Shown piece by piece: positions 38,523 through 51,748 of a stretch of DNA of 64,000 bases. Position 1 is the stretch's first letter, and every line of letters starts with the position of its first letter. The translations under genes were made by a program, and so were the position numbers. Source of the stretch: Camelus dromedarius. Taxonomy: Eukaryota. The notes under the pieces are model-generated. The model made no database searches, was not told the origin of the DNA, and was given only the letters and a program-made list of their open reading frames with translations. The stretch spans positions 12,772,001 to 12,836,000 of the forward strand of contig NC_087436.1 in the NCBI RefSeq assembly GCF_036321535.1, given 5' to 3'.

Positions 38523-40041
38523 GTAGGCATTTTTTGGTTTTAATTTGCTCTCCAAGACTGATCTAGTGTTTATTCAATATTCCAACTTTCAGTAGAGGTA
38601 ATCTTTTTATTTTTTATTTTTTTACTTGTAATATCTAATAGGCGTGATGCCTGGCCACCTTGAACACCGTAGAGATGGGAGTTTTTAGGCAATATGAATT
38701 GTATTGGGTTGTAATTGCTTTTAATAATCATGTGGATGAAAAATGTTTTAGACGTCTTCAAATGCTTTATGACTATATTTACCAAAATATTCCCCCTGAG
38801 CCCCATCTGTCTTACAGCTAAATTCGAACTGATGGGAATTTGGGTGTTGAAAATAAAACTCTTTTTATAAGAATGTCAACAAATGGGTGATAAGAAATTG
38901 CAGGCAGAGACATAGGGAGGATCTTGTCTGCAAAAGTAAATTATACTGGAGGCAGAGCAGAGAGAAAAAAAAAAGTGCCTTAAGAGATAACTGTAACAAA
39001 CATTGTAAAGCTACATGTTAATCATGGAACCTGTAATTACGTGGTCTCCTCCCTTCTCCTTAAAGTAAAATGTCTCTGTTAACAACTTCCCAGGGATTCA
39101 TAGACTTCCTGAACATCCAGTCTCGGATTTGGTTTTAGTTTCTTCCTCAATTTTTTCCCCCTAAATTGTTCTCAAAGAAGCGTAAGAAATTGAAGTAAGT
39201 GGTGGCTGAGGATAGGTGGCCCAGGAGGAACTTAGACTCTTTTTTATATCAGAAGACAATTCTTATTATTATTGTGATTACTATTAGCATTATAATTTAC
39301 ATTCTTATTGCCCATCATTGAAGCTGAAGGAAAAATTATCTAAGGTGCAGAAGAGGAAAAAAGTGGTCATATAGTCTGTCTATCCTGTACCTCAAAGAAA
39401 GAAATAACAGTCTATGCTCTATAGATAGTTTTCTATTATGTTTGAATATTTACAAGCAATCCTGTGAGAAACTACAGAAGTAAGAGTTTTTACTCCCCCC
39501 AGCCTTTTTCTGAAGCTGTGTAAATAGAAACATCAAGAGGAAAGGGGAAATGTGTTCTGTTTAATTTTACGTAAGGTAATGCCCCAGATACTTTTCCCAT
39601 GTAAGTTATAGATTGAAGTCCATAAATAGATCTTCAGTAAACCCACCAGGGAAAAGGAATAATGCTTCAACACACATGAATTCCTGAAGGGCCTTTCCTT
39701 CTCTAAGGATATTCTGTCCTAATAGTTATCACCAAGTGCTCTTACTATGAATCAGGCTTATTGCTCAAGGACGTCGTTATCTGATGCCCTTTGTGCAAAA
39801 GATAAAAATCAGAATGGCCACTTACAAGGATATCGTTCATGGACAATAACCTTGTTATTTTCTTTCCCAAAAACCTTAGAATTTACCTCATTTTAGTAAC
39901 ATCATTTTACATTTTTTCCAACAATGGAGTAATTTATCAGGAACTAATTCTTGAGAAAAATCAAGTGGTGTTTTTTAAAAAGAAAATGCAGAATGATTCC
40001 TCTGAGAGAAACACTCTATTATCTTATTCTTCTGCTTGTAG

Positions 40042-40172
40042 ATTTTTGCAGGAAATATATAATTCAAATAACCAAAAGATCATTAACCTGAAACAGAAAG
40101 TGGTCCAGCTTGAAGCAAAGTGTCAGGAGCCTTGCCAAGATACAGTAAAAATATATGATACAACAGGGAAAG
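40042..40172 (+). CDS. FGG: FGG exon 5 ([13 protein letters not shown]...[17 protein letters not shown])
   Basis: tgtag| and |gtaagt; CxxPC disulfide ring. Confidence 0.97.
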
Positions 40173-40459
40173 GTAAGTGAAAGGTTTATATTGGGCTTAA
40201 GTCCATCCAAGCAAACATAAAAAGTAAAGGAGATTATACGTATTGGAATGTATACACATACATTGGAAAATATCTAGCCATTAAATCTAAACACTCTAAT
40301 TGCTTCGACTTTTCTTGAGTAGCTGAAAATAGTTTGAAAGGAATGATGATGTGAGAAGTAAGAAAACTATTATATCTGTCTTGGGATTATATTTTATCTT
40401 GGGAAAGGAATAGTTTGCACCATGTTGAAAATTCCATTTTCAAGGCTGGCATAGTCTGA

Positions 40460-40660
<201 letters not shown>

Positions 40661-40673
40661 TAATAAACACCCA

Positions 40674-40817
40674 GAAGGAGGGTAAATCTTAGTGGTAGAG
40701 TGCCTGCTGAGCATGCACGAGGTCCTGGGTTCAATCCTCAGTACCTCCACTAAAATAATAATAAATAAACTGAAACCTAATTACTGCCCCCAAAATAAGC
40801 AAGCAAACAAACAAAAA
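40674..40817 (+). mobile_element. tRNA-derived SINE (Vic-1-like) in FGG intron 6
   Basis: B box gggttcaatcctc, A-rich tail, ~40 nt after the exon 6 donor. Confidence 0.85.
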
Positions 40818-40829
40818 CCCACGTCACTC

Positions 40830-41310
40830 TGCTATATGCCAGATAATTTTCTAAGCAACTTGTGAACATTAACTCAACTAACCCTTGCAACTTCTCTTTG
40901 TGATAGTTTTTCCCTCTTATCTCTGTTTGCAGAGGGGGAAACATAGGCACAAGAGGCTAAGTAACTTGCCCCCGTCACATAACTGATAAGTAACAGAGTC
41001 AGGATTTAGTCAGGATTCTGTCCGTGCTTGGCTCTCTCCTACGCTGGCACTGCTGTTGCGGATTCATGACGGCATGTGATCATGATATCATAGTGACAAA
41101 GAACCAGACAGAGAACTAGGCAGATACATCAACACATAGGGCTGCCCGTCACAAGAATTTAATTTACCATGTGCCAGGCACTCTTTTAAGTACTTTCACA
41201 ATCTCCGGTGTAACCCCTGCAACAACCCTAAGGAGTAAGCACCATTATTCCGGTTTGCCGGGTGAGAAAACCGAGGCAGCTAGCCCGAGGTCACTTCGTA
41301 AATGATGAAA
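40830..41310 (-). mobile_element. MIR fragments in FGG intron 6
   Basis: gaggctaagtaacttgccc and gagaaaaccgaggca cores. Confidence 0.6.
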
Positions 41311-41407
41311 TCATACCCGCCGTATTTTGGACAAAATGTTTATAACGTTTTCTTTACGTGCACTGACAATCCACTCTCTCCTTTGGCCCGTGCAATTGTG
41401 TAATTAG

Positions 41408-41592
41408 AGGCTTGATGGCAGTGAGGATTTCAAAAGAAATTGGATTCAGTATAAAGAAGGATTTGGACATCTGTCTCCTACCGGAAACACAGAATTCTGG
41501 CTGGGTAATGAGAAGATTCATTTGATAAGCACGCAGTCTACCATCCCGTATGTATTAAGAGTGGAGCTGGAAGACTGGAGCGGCAAAACCAG
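41408..41592 (+). CDS. FGG: FGG exon 7 ([20 protein letters not shown]...EDWSGKT)
   Basis: aattag| and |gtaccg; [10 protein letters not shown] motif. Confidence 0.97.
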
Positions 41593-43065
41593 GTACCGTT
41601 AGAAAGGATTTCTAACATTTTGTTGTAGAGACGGTCTGGAGTGTTCACTTTCCAGCTATCAGGAGACCAGTGGGAAAGACAGTCTGACAAATGCCAAGAG
41701 CATATCCAGCCAGCTTCCCTGGAGGTCAGTTCGGCTCTAGAGCAGCCCAAGACAGTGGGTCCTATCCAGGCAGGATCTGAGTGTTTTGATACAATCCACG
41801 TATTCTGGAACCATACAAAATAACAGCTGACATTTCCTGAGCATTTAATAGGTACCAGAAATTAAGCATGAAATTAATTTAATCGACTCCAAATAGTTCA
41901 TGAGACAGGAACTATTATTAATCCCACTTTGCAGATTAACTTTTCCAAGGTCGCATCACTGGTATATGGCAAAGACTGGATTTAAACTCAGATAGTTTAA
42001 CTTTACAGTCTCTTAACCATTACCCTGGTTGAAGGGTGAATCTAGTGCCTTTAGATGTCCCAGTGCTTTAATAACCACTTAGGCAGTCAAATCCAGGAGC
42101 GACCTTAAAATTAAATCAGCCAGCTTCTTTGGTGAGCTGGATAGAGCTCCTTCTACGCTCAAAGCTGCCTGGGCACTTTGACTGCTGTATACCCGATTAA
42201 AATTCAAAACAATATCCAACCCTCTTGTTACATTTATAATATTGATGAAATACAGCCTATGTCCAAACATGTATTTTTACTTTCTAAATGTTTAACCAGA
42301 AAGTACCATAGTCAGTAGACCTTCTCCTGTGGGAACATTTCCCATTTCCCAAGTATTGGAGATCAGGAAGGCAGCTAAATGTTTTCTACAAATCTCTGTT
42401 CATGCACCAAGGCCCATTCTTCCCTGTACTCCATAGAATTCTGGCTCCATTCGCAATTTTTTTTTTTTCCCAGAGGAGAATGTCTCTCTGACCCTGCAGC
42501 TCATGTTTTGTGGGTCACACAGGGACCACTTCTTTTATGTGATCCTCCTTCTTGACACTGCCCCACTGCCTTGGTGAAGATAAACCCCTTTAGGACCTCA
42601 TCCTTTAGAGGGTACACGTGGCTAATGGAACCATTGCTTCTTCAAGGGGGCTGCATTAATTAATGGTCACTCACTGTCAGATAATGAATGCTGTTTATTG
42701 GAACTGTGTGTACAAGTTCAACACTGAGATAAAAGTGGAAAATATGAAATTAGTCAGATCCAGCCACATATCTGGATTGGATATTTGGTTCCTATAGGCA
42801 GAAGGCATTCAAATGGCTGAAGTTTTTAGTTTTCCCTGGGATGCCCTGAAGGCTTCTAGACCCATCGTGGGTGGTTCTGATGACCTACACACTGGTTCAC
42901 ACAACCATTGTCCTTTGCCATATTTGCAGAAAATTTTATTCAGTGAACATATGTCAGACTTAAGAAGCAGAGTCAAAAAATCCAAACAATTATCCTGTGA
43001 AAGGGCGAACTTCTGAGACGCCTTCTGAGGCTCAGGGGCTAAGGTGCCTGTTGCCTTCTTTGCAG

Positions 43066-43343
43066 CACTGCGGACTATTCCACATTCAGCGTGGGTCCTG
43101 AAAGTGACAAATACCGCATGAAGTACGCCTACTTCATTGGTGGGGATGCCGGGGATGCGTTTGATGGCTTTGATTTTGGCGAGGATTCTAGTGACAAGTT
43201 TTACACATCCCACAATGGCATGCAGTTCAGCACCTGGGACAACGACAATGATAAGTTTGAAGGCAACTGTGCTGAACAGGATGGGTCTGGTTGGTGGATG
43301 AACAAGTGTCATGCTGGCCACCTCAACGGCGTTTATTACCAAG
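43066..43343 (+). CDS. FGG: FGG exon 8 ([16 protein letters not shown]...[35 protein letters not shown])
   Basis: ORF 43091-43411; tgcag| and |gtatgg; Ca2+-binding loop intact. Confidence 0.98.
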
Positions 43344-44013
43344 GTATGGCTTTCTTCTTCAAACATATGAATTTGTGTATAGTCTGTATTTTTAGAAAAG
43401 GTAAGACATAAATATAAGGAAATGAGAAATAATTAGTAAGGATGTTGGGGGCTTATTATATAGTTCTTTAGTTTAAGCCAGAATTGGATAATGCTAGCTT
43501 ATACCTCAAATTGGCCCCTCTGTGAGAAATCCACCTGCTGCAAACTATCCAGTAGTTCTCATTGTGCCTGAAACTACCACCATCAGAGTTGATACTTCGG
43601 GTGACGGTGTCTCCTCTAGACTTACCATCTATATGATCTGGATGGACAAACATTACATGTTTATGCCTGTTAATACATTAGCCCTGCTCAGCTTCCCAGG
43701 AGCTACATGTCGGATACAACTGGGGAGCAATGAGTAGGTGTCTGGTGGAATGATGTGAAGAGGAGGGATGAATTGATAAGGGCGGGGGTCCACGAGAGCT
43801 TGAAAGGAGAGGAGTCCAGCCTGGGGAGTGTAGGCACTTATTTTAGGATGGGAGGAGGGCAAGCTAAAGTTTGCTCTAAGACTGGAGTAGTTCTGGACAC
43901 TGGTTTTACTTAGGACAAACTATTGTTGCTACTTAGCAGTTATGTTTAGGGAAGCCTTCGTCTGTTATGAGCATCTTACCTCCTGAAGACACTGTCCCAG
44001 CCAAGAGATGTCT

Positions 44014-44327
44014 TTTTTTTTTTTTTCATTGAAGTATAGTCAGTTACAATGTGTCAATTTCTGGTGCATAGCATAATATTTTAGTCATACATACATATAC
44101 ATATATTTGTTTTCATATTCTTTTTCATTATAGGTTACTACAAGATATTGAATATAGTTCCCTGTGCTATACAGCAGAAACTAGTTATCTATTTTATATA
44201 TAGTAGTTATATCTGCAAATATCGAACTCCCAATTTATCCCTTCCCACCCTCCTTCCCCTCTGGTGACCATAAGTTTGTTCTCTATGTCTGTGAGTCTGT
44301 TTCTGTTTTATAAATAAGTTCATTTGT
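44014..44327 (-). mobile_element. L1 3' end fragment in FGG intron 8
   Basis: Poly(T), L1 3' UTR, TSD caagagatgtct/caagaggtgtct. Confidence 0.88.
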
Positions 44328-45066
44328 GCAAGAGGTGTCTTGAAATCCTCTTAAAAACTACTTAAATTTACCCTTTGGTTTTCACATTTTTTTTGAAACC
44401 TAACTTATCTTTGCACCAATAGACCAATTAGAATTAGAAGAAGCTCTCAAGCAAAATGCCTGATCCACAGGATCCAGAGTAGATGTGTTGATAGCCTGTG
44501 GTATACTCTAGTCCTGGACTCTTGACAATCCCTTCCAAAATTACTTGAGATCTAGCAGCCAGGAACAACAAGGCACATCAACCTCATCTCCACTTTATAA
44601 TGGGATATAAACTAACATTTCAGAACCATTTTCTAAAGCCCAGCGTATTTTCTAGTAAAACTGTATTTTCGGATGACCTGAGACACCCCCACCCCAATGA
44701 GGAATGACAACTTCTGCCATTTTAATCTGCTTCCAGAAAGACGGTTCATAACAGCTGAGTTCAGGGTGGCTAAGCTTAGGGAGAGAGACCACTTGGGGAA
44801 ATTTGTGGTTCTAGCCCTGTTGAGAGTGAATACATTTAAAGTATGGATGTGACCAGAAAGCACAACACAGACATACATGTTTGTTTAACATTAAGTTTAT
44901 GCCACTTATAAACTGAGAATTTAGGAGTCTTTAAGGACATTTTCAGTTAGTAGATAATGCTATAAATTTGATGTAAGTGACAACGGACTTCATGATGGTT
45001 CTTGACGGACTTTTAGAGGTGAGGCGATTCCAGAGCACTGATATGTCCATCTACAATTTGTTTTAG

Positions 45067-45236
45067 GTGGCACTTACTCCAAAGCATCTACTCCTAATGG
45101 TTATGATAATGGCATTATTTGGGCCACTTGGAAATCTCGGTGGTACTCCATGAAGAAAACCACCATGAAGTTAATCCCGTATAACAGAATCGCCATCGGA
45201 GAAGGGCAGCAGCATCACCTTGGGGGATCCAAACAG
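45067..45236 (+). CDS. FGG: FGG exon 9 ([22 protein letters not shown]...[13 protein letters not shown])
   Basis: ttttag| and CAG|gttgga; FXIIIa cross-link QQ and K residues present. Confidence 0.98.
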
Positions 45237-45272
45237 GTTGGACCAGAACACCATGTTGAAATAGAACAATAG
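45237..45272 (+). CDS. FGG: FGG gamma-prime read-through tail ([11 protein letters not shown])
   Basis: In-frame continuation into intron 9 resembling human VRPEHPAETEY; TAG at 45270-45272; intronic AATAAA at 45282 and 45531. Confidence 0.8.
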   Translation, partial: VGPEHHVEIEQ

Positions 45273-45765
45273 AAAATAGAAAATAAATTGTTTTATCCTG
45301 AGAATTAGCTCTTCATTGCTGTTAACCCACAAAGTTTCAGAAACTTTCCTGAAATTTTCTTCCCGTTTTCTCTTACTGTAGGTATATTAATTTTAAGTCT
45401 TTTATGAAGGATAATTAGCCTTGAAATGGCAACTAAAACTCACTTTGGACCATATTCCCAAATTACTGAATGCAGAGTTAACATTTACTTCTTTGATGAG
45501 ATCATATTTTAGCTTATTTCCTAAATATGTAATAAAATTGTCATGATAGTTTTCGTTTCAATGATCACACGTCATTTTGTTTTGGTCATTTTTAAGATTA
45601 TTTTGTAAATATTTTAGTGTGTACTAATAAAATAGGAGAAAATTCTAGGCATTTCAAATGCCTAAGTATTTTCCCACGTTTATTACCCCTAAATCATTCA
45701 TATTTAATTATTTTTTCAGTAGAGAGAATTATATCTTTTTAATATATTTTTTGTTTTGGTCATAG

Positions 45766-45780
45766 GCTGGAGACATATAA
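45766..45780 (+). CDS. FGG: FGG exon 10 coding part (AGDI*)
   Basis: T-rich tract, catag|GCT GGA GAC ATA TAA. Confidence 0.95.
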   Translation, partial: AGDI

Positions 45781-45962
45781 AAGACCATTTCAAAAGTGAT
45801 TTACTTTTTTTAAAGAACTTTATCTGAACAGAGAAATATAGTATTTTTCCTACGGAACAATGGACTTGCAAGGCCTCACTTCATCTTAAGAGTAAAAAGA
45901 ACCTATGTTGAAAACTCCACTAATGGTTTTATGCTGGCGGTAATTTATCTACATACCATTTC

Positions 45963-45968
45963 AATAAA
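45963..45968 (+). terminator. Likely FGG gamma-A polyadenylation signal AATAAA
   Basis: First AATAAA after the stop codon, ~180 nt downstream. Confidence 0.7.
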
Positions 45969-46892
45969 CATTTTGTTTCCTAAGACCAGACACATGGTAC
46001 CTTTTACTGGCTGTTAAAAATCATCACTTTCCTTTGATTTCGTAGTTACTGTTGGACAATCATCAGTAGTTGCTGATGCTAAACTTTATACTTGGTGCTA
46101 AACATTATACCTGACTCTTGGGCAGTTATAAAGGAAAGAGAAATCATGGCTTTTGACCTCCAGGGGTTATAAGACAAATATAGAAAAATACAGTCAGCCA
46201 AACTAACAAAATTTGATATAAAAATGTAAACACAAGTCATAATCACATTACCAAGGTTCATGGTACCCGAAGTGCAGCTGGAGACGTAAGGCTGTTTGGG
46301 GATTCTCCCAACAAAGCCTTTTAGCTCTAGGATCCTGTGGCCATATGTGGGCGCTCAGAGAGGGCTGTAACTCAGAGCAGAGAGCTCCAGGGAACCACCT
46401 GCTCAGCCCCGCACTGGGGAACAAAGAGGTGAGCAGAATGAAGCCATTACTTCAGTAGCCAGAGACCAGGAATCGCCAACTGTCTGTGAGGAATAGCTGA
46501 GTCTACAAAAGCTGGCAGACGGTTGATCTTGTAGAGTAATTGACTAATTCTATGAGGGGAGGATCTGGTTGCTCCGAAGTCCTGAGCATCAGCATTGGAT
46601 TTCTTTCCTTGTCACCATTTCCTTCCTAATTCTTTCACTTCCTCGTTCTCATGAGTCCTGATTTTAAAAACATCCTATTGAGGAGATTAAAAAACAGTAA
46701 GTCGGCTTCTAGGAATACAGCCCAAAACTTGTGAGGCATTGAGAAAATAGAAACACTGATTCTCATTGTCTATAGCACTCATTCATTCGTGTATGCACGA
46801 GGCATTCATTCAACCAACATGTATTGACACCTTCATTGTACTAGTCACTGTGCTGCTCATAGTAGTGTCCTCCTTTCTCCCAATACTGTTCC

Positions 46893-47212
46893 TTTATTTT
46901 ATTTTATTATTTTATTTTATTTTATATTATTTTTATTGAAGTATAGCCAGTTTACAATGTTGTGCCAGTTTCTGGTGTACAGCATCATGTTTCAGTCATA
47001 CATGTACATACATATATTCCTTTTCATATTCTTTTTCATTATATGTTACTACAAGATATGGAATATAGTTCCCTGTGCTATATATTATAAATTTGTTGTT
47101 TATCTATTTTATATATAGTAGTTAGTATCTGCAAATCTAGAACTCCCAATTTATCCCTTCCCACCCCATTTCTCCCCTGGTAACCATAAGTTTGTTTGCT
47201 ATGTCTGTGAGT
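46893..47212 (-). mobile_element. L1 3' end fragment
   Basis: (tttta)n tail and L1 3' UTR. Confidence 0.88.
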
Positions 47213-47224
47213 TTTTTATAAGAA

Positions 47225-47320
47225 ATTTTTAATTAAAAAAAATTTTAATGGAGGTATTGGGGATTGAACCTGGGACCTCACGCATGCTAAGCATGAGTTC
47301 TACCACTGAGCTATACCACC
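47225..47320 (-). mobile_element. tRNA-derived SINE (Vic-1-like) abutting an L1 3' end
   Basis: Reverse complement of gggtggtatagctcagtggtag...ggttcaatcccc. Confidence 0.85.
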
Positions 47321-50300
47321 CCCAATACTGTTCTATTCCATCCAGTTCTCAAGTTTCAAAAAAAGGAATTATTCTTTCTTATTCCTCCCTCCCCGTGTCA
47401 CTAAGCCTGTCAAATCCACCTCCTAAACATTTATTATATTGACTTCCTTCTCCTTACCCACTGCCACCATTCCAGTTGGGATCTATAGCATCTCTTGCCA
47501 AGATAGTGGCAAACGCCTCCTTCTTGTTTTTTATCTTGTCTCCAACCTTATCTGTTCCTACCTCATCATACTCCAAACTACTTCTAAACTCAAAATGCAT
47601 ATGTCTACCCTCTGAGGATCTATAAAATCCTTTGGGTGAGCAATTCAGTCATAGACAGGGAGAGTTATGTAAATATTCATTAAGTTTTGATGCAATATCA
47701 TTCCAGTGATATATCCCAAGAAAATTATTTTTGAAAAAGAAAATAGCTATGTATAGAAATACAAATACAGTCATATACTTAACAACAGCGGGACATTTAG
47801 AAAGTATTTAACAGTGGAAGAATGGACAAGCAAGGTGGTTTACTAGTACAATGGAAAAGAATGCAATGATTACGTCATAAGCATAATATCTCTGTATGGA
47901 CAAAGAAATATTTACAAAGTAATAAGTAAGATTTAAAGATGGAAAAGCAATTCTACAATGATAACTATGTTAAAAGTATCTATACATATGCATTTTGAAC
48001 AAAATATAATCTTGACATACATGCACTATTTGTACATATTTGATCTACGAAATGTGATTTATAAATATAGAGTCCCCAACTGATCTATAAAAGTTAATAA
48101 AAATACTAAGCACAAAATAAATATAAGTCCAAAAGTCTCTAATTTTTCCTGTGATCACTTTTCCATTGCTTCTTCTAAAATAGCAGTTGTAACATTCTTT
48201 CATAAGCATTTTGGAGCTCCCTGTTTTTGTGGGTGTCCAGAGCACATAAATGGTCCGAGTGTTGGGTAATCCAGCATTGCTAGGGAGGGACTTCTAACAT
48301 CCTCTTTCTACACCTCTCCATTGTTTGATTTGTTATAACGAGTACGTTATTAGTTTTGCAGTTAATTTTAAACCCCAGTGAGGTAGAAGTGCACAGAGGA
48401 GCATCAAAGTCTTACTTGTTTAGTTATTTATATTCAGTGGTGAACCTTGAAGGGCTATAACTTAAGAAATAAAGTAAGAGATATACTTCCAGACTCAATT
48501 GGATCATATCTCTACAAATAAAATAGAAATTAAAAGGCTTATCTTGATAAATCAACTTTTAAAAAATCTACTTTTAAGTGAAACAGCGAGCTTGGAGCCT
48601 TGTAGAGACAGGTTACTTTTCTGCACAGCTCAAATCACAGGTAACTATTACCTAGCACTTCTCTTTCCTTTCCTGGGCACATGAAACTCAGGTCACTGCA
48701 AAAGAGGGAGGCTAAATACAAAGCAAATGTGCATGGTCACACACTTTGAAAAAACCCACAGAGAGAAGCTTCCAAAAAGGAAGGTGCTGGTACAGAGGCA
48801 CTGATACCATGACTTCAGGTCACGAACTACGGGGCAGAGTTCTTTAAGCTAGCAGGCAGGAGTAATCATTTACTGGACAACTGTCGAGATTTTCAAATAT
48901 ACTTCTGAAGTGCTATAGCTTTGGTTTTAAAAAATTCTTCGTACGTTCAGTAGCTTGGCTTTAAGGATCATGTTTCAGATTCACGAGGAGGTTGAAAGTG
49001 AGTGGGAAATGAAGACGTGCAAGTATAGACAACGTATTTGAGAACTTACAAGATCTAAATGTCTTAACTCTTAACTCTGATCAGTAATAAACTAGCCAAA
49101 GTATATATAGCAGCTATCCACGGCGTATTCAGATGACCAGAGTGAAAAACAAAGTACACATTTAACCCTGGAGAAAATAAATCAACTGATGATTTCTTAT
49201 CAGTTTGATGCAGCTCAAAAAGAATGGAGAAAAGAGACTTGATGGTGGTATGAGTTCATGTAGATGGAAAATACTAAGTTAATGACAAAGAGACCAAGAG
49301 TGTGGGAAAGACTGTTTCATATACCGTTTCCTTGTGTGTGTGTGTGTCCAGAGGCAGAACTTGTGTTAGTCGTACTTTTAACACACCATATTCATGTTCG
49401 TCTGTGCTGGGTCACTCTTCATCGATTGAGTCTCTTTTATTCAAACTTTCTTTTCTTCCCTTTAAGAATCCCTTAATAAACAATCATTGTACTAGATTTG
49501 ATGAATGTTTCCTTATTTGTGCATATTCTTATAAATCATGGATTGGTTTTTTTGTTTTATGTATTTTTAAATTATGTAAATGTCACTGTGCTATAAATCA
49601 GTGTTACTCAGAATGCTGATCCCCAAATTCTGTGTTTCCAGTCAGCATTAGGATAAGTAAAAAATTGAGAATTAGCGTGTAGAAACATTTTCCCTGTATT
49701 ATGTATATGATGATTATATTTATTCAAATGTAATTATATGTCCTTGGAATCTAATAACAAAAATAGGGGCCTATATTTTGTATATCCTTGCTTTTTAACA
49801 TTTTATCTTACTAGTCATCATTTTTATTGCATTTTATAATCTAATAGGTCTGTGACTGATTAAAAATTTAATAAAACTGGTCCTTTAGCACAAATACCTT
49901 AAGAAGCACTGCTAAGGTCCTCATTATACTTGCAGTCTGAGTATTTTGTAACTTTTGATTTCCTTTTGAACCTAAGACATAAAGTGAATTTTATTTGGTT
50001 CCAGAGCTTGTGCTTTTTAAATCTGAGAGCATAATTTTGATAATACTGATCCTTGAGAGAGAGAGAGTCGGAAATTACTCTGGGACACAGGAATTATCAG
50101 AGAATTAATTGACCCCATCAAAGTGCACCTAAATCATAACCACTCTCCAATAATGACCTGCATGCAAGAAGACTATTGCCATTTTCTCCTTTAAGAAGGA
50201 AAAAGAACAAACAAGATAGACAGTGACTGGCCTTGTAAACATGAGCTTTGGCCCGAATGGCACTGTAGCCGTGGCCTGTTACAAGCACTGATACCAGATT

Positions 50301-51156
50301 TGACTGCTGGCTTGTAGAACACGCCTCTGCGTCAGGTTTGAAAGCCTTTTGGGAAGACTGACTGGTGCAATTTCAAGCTCTTGTTCGTCCCAATTTTCAC
50401 TAAAAATATCTGGAAATCCAAACAGATAAATTCAGATCGTGACATTTAATCAAGAGTATAACTGGGTCAAAACTGTCTTTTCCAAGTCCAAAATCCAGTA
50501 TTCTTGGCCCTGTCTCCCATCCCCCTGCTCCGCACTCAGGTTTTCTTCTGCTGGTAACTTAAAAGCATGAAGTAACCTGAGATAGATGGGAATCCTCTCT
50601 AAATAAACCCACATGTTGACTCTCCCTGAATAAACAGAGGAGGGCAGATTCCACTTTGGGATGAAAGTGGCCTCTTTCAAATCCTCAGGGACAAATAGTT
50701 AAAGTGTGACTTAGGGAAAATGACCTAACATGGAAGAGACTTTGGACTGGAAATATTTTCCTTCCCAATTCACTCTCTTTATATCATAAAGCTGCGGTAA
50801 GTGTCAAATGAGATCATATACAAAATTGCCCCCGAGACAAAAACAAAACTGAATTGTCTTTTGTTATTAAGATTGGCATAGCTACATGAGGTTTGACTCT
50901 AATGTCAGTTAAGTCTGGAAACATAATTTTAAAACTTTAATTTTTTCGCTTTTATTTTTTTAAGAAAATTTTAATTTCAGAATAATTTTTTTATTTGCAG
51001 AGAAGTTATAAAGATACTACTGAGAGTTCCCTGTATCCATCACCCAATTCCTTTCATGTTAACATCTGGCATGACCATGGCTCATTGGTCAAAATTAAGA
51101 AACCAACGCTAGTAGTCACTCTTTCCTAACTTTATATTTTATTCAGGTTTCACCAG

Positions 51157-51748
51157 TTTTTTTTTTTTTTTGAAGTGTAATCTGTTTATATAATTTTGTG
51201 TCAATTTCTGGTGTACAGTATAAGGTTTCAGTAACACATGTACATACGTATATTCATTTTCATATTCATTTTCATTATAGGTTACTACAAGATACTGAAT
51301 TTAGTTCCCTGTGCTATACAGTAGAAACTTGTTGTTTATTTTATAAATAGTGGTTAATATCTGCAAATCTCAAATTCCCAATTTACCCCTTCCCATCTCC
51401 TTCCCCCAGTGGTAACCATAAGTTGGTTTTCTATGTCTATGAGTCTGTTTCTGCTTTGTAACTAAGTTCATTTCTGTCTTTTGTTTTTTTGTTGTTGTTG
51501 TTGTTGTTTTTAGATTTCACATATGAGTGATATAATATGGTATTTTTCTTTTTCTTTCTGGCTTACTTCACTTAGAATGACAATCTCCAGGTCCATCCAT
51601 TTTGCTGCAAATGGCACTATTTTATTCTTTTTTATGTCTGAGTAGTATTCCATTGTATAAATATAACACAACTTCTTTATCCAATTATCTGTCAATGGAC
51701 ATTTAGGTTGTTTCCATCTCTTGGCTATTGTAAGTAGTGCTGCTGTGA
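51157..51748 (-). mobile_element. L1 3' fragment nested in an older L1 3' end (~50960-51960)
   Basis: ORF2 C-terminal relic (WIKKLCYIYTMEYY), TSD tttcaccagttt/tttcagcagttt. Confidence 0.88.

Noticed and set aside
42809..43366. 185-aa minus-strand ORF
   Set aside because: Antisense shadow of FGG exon 8
46277..46289. gctggagacgtaa encodes AGDV ~500 bp after exon 10, like a duplicate last exon
   Set aside because: No in-frame AG or pyrimidine tract, no stop after V, and it lies past the poly(A) signal; probably chance
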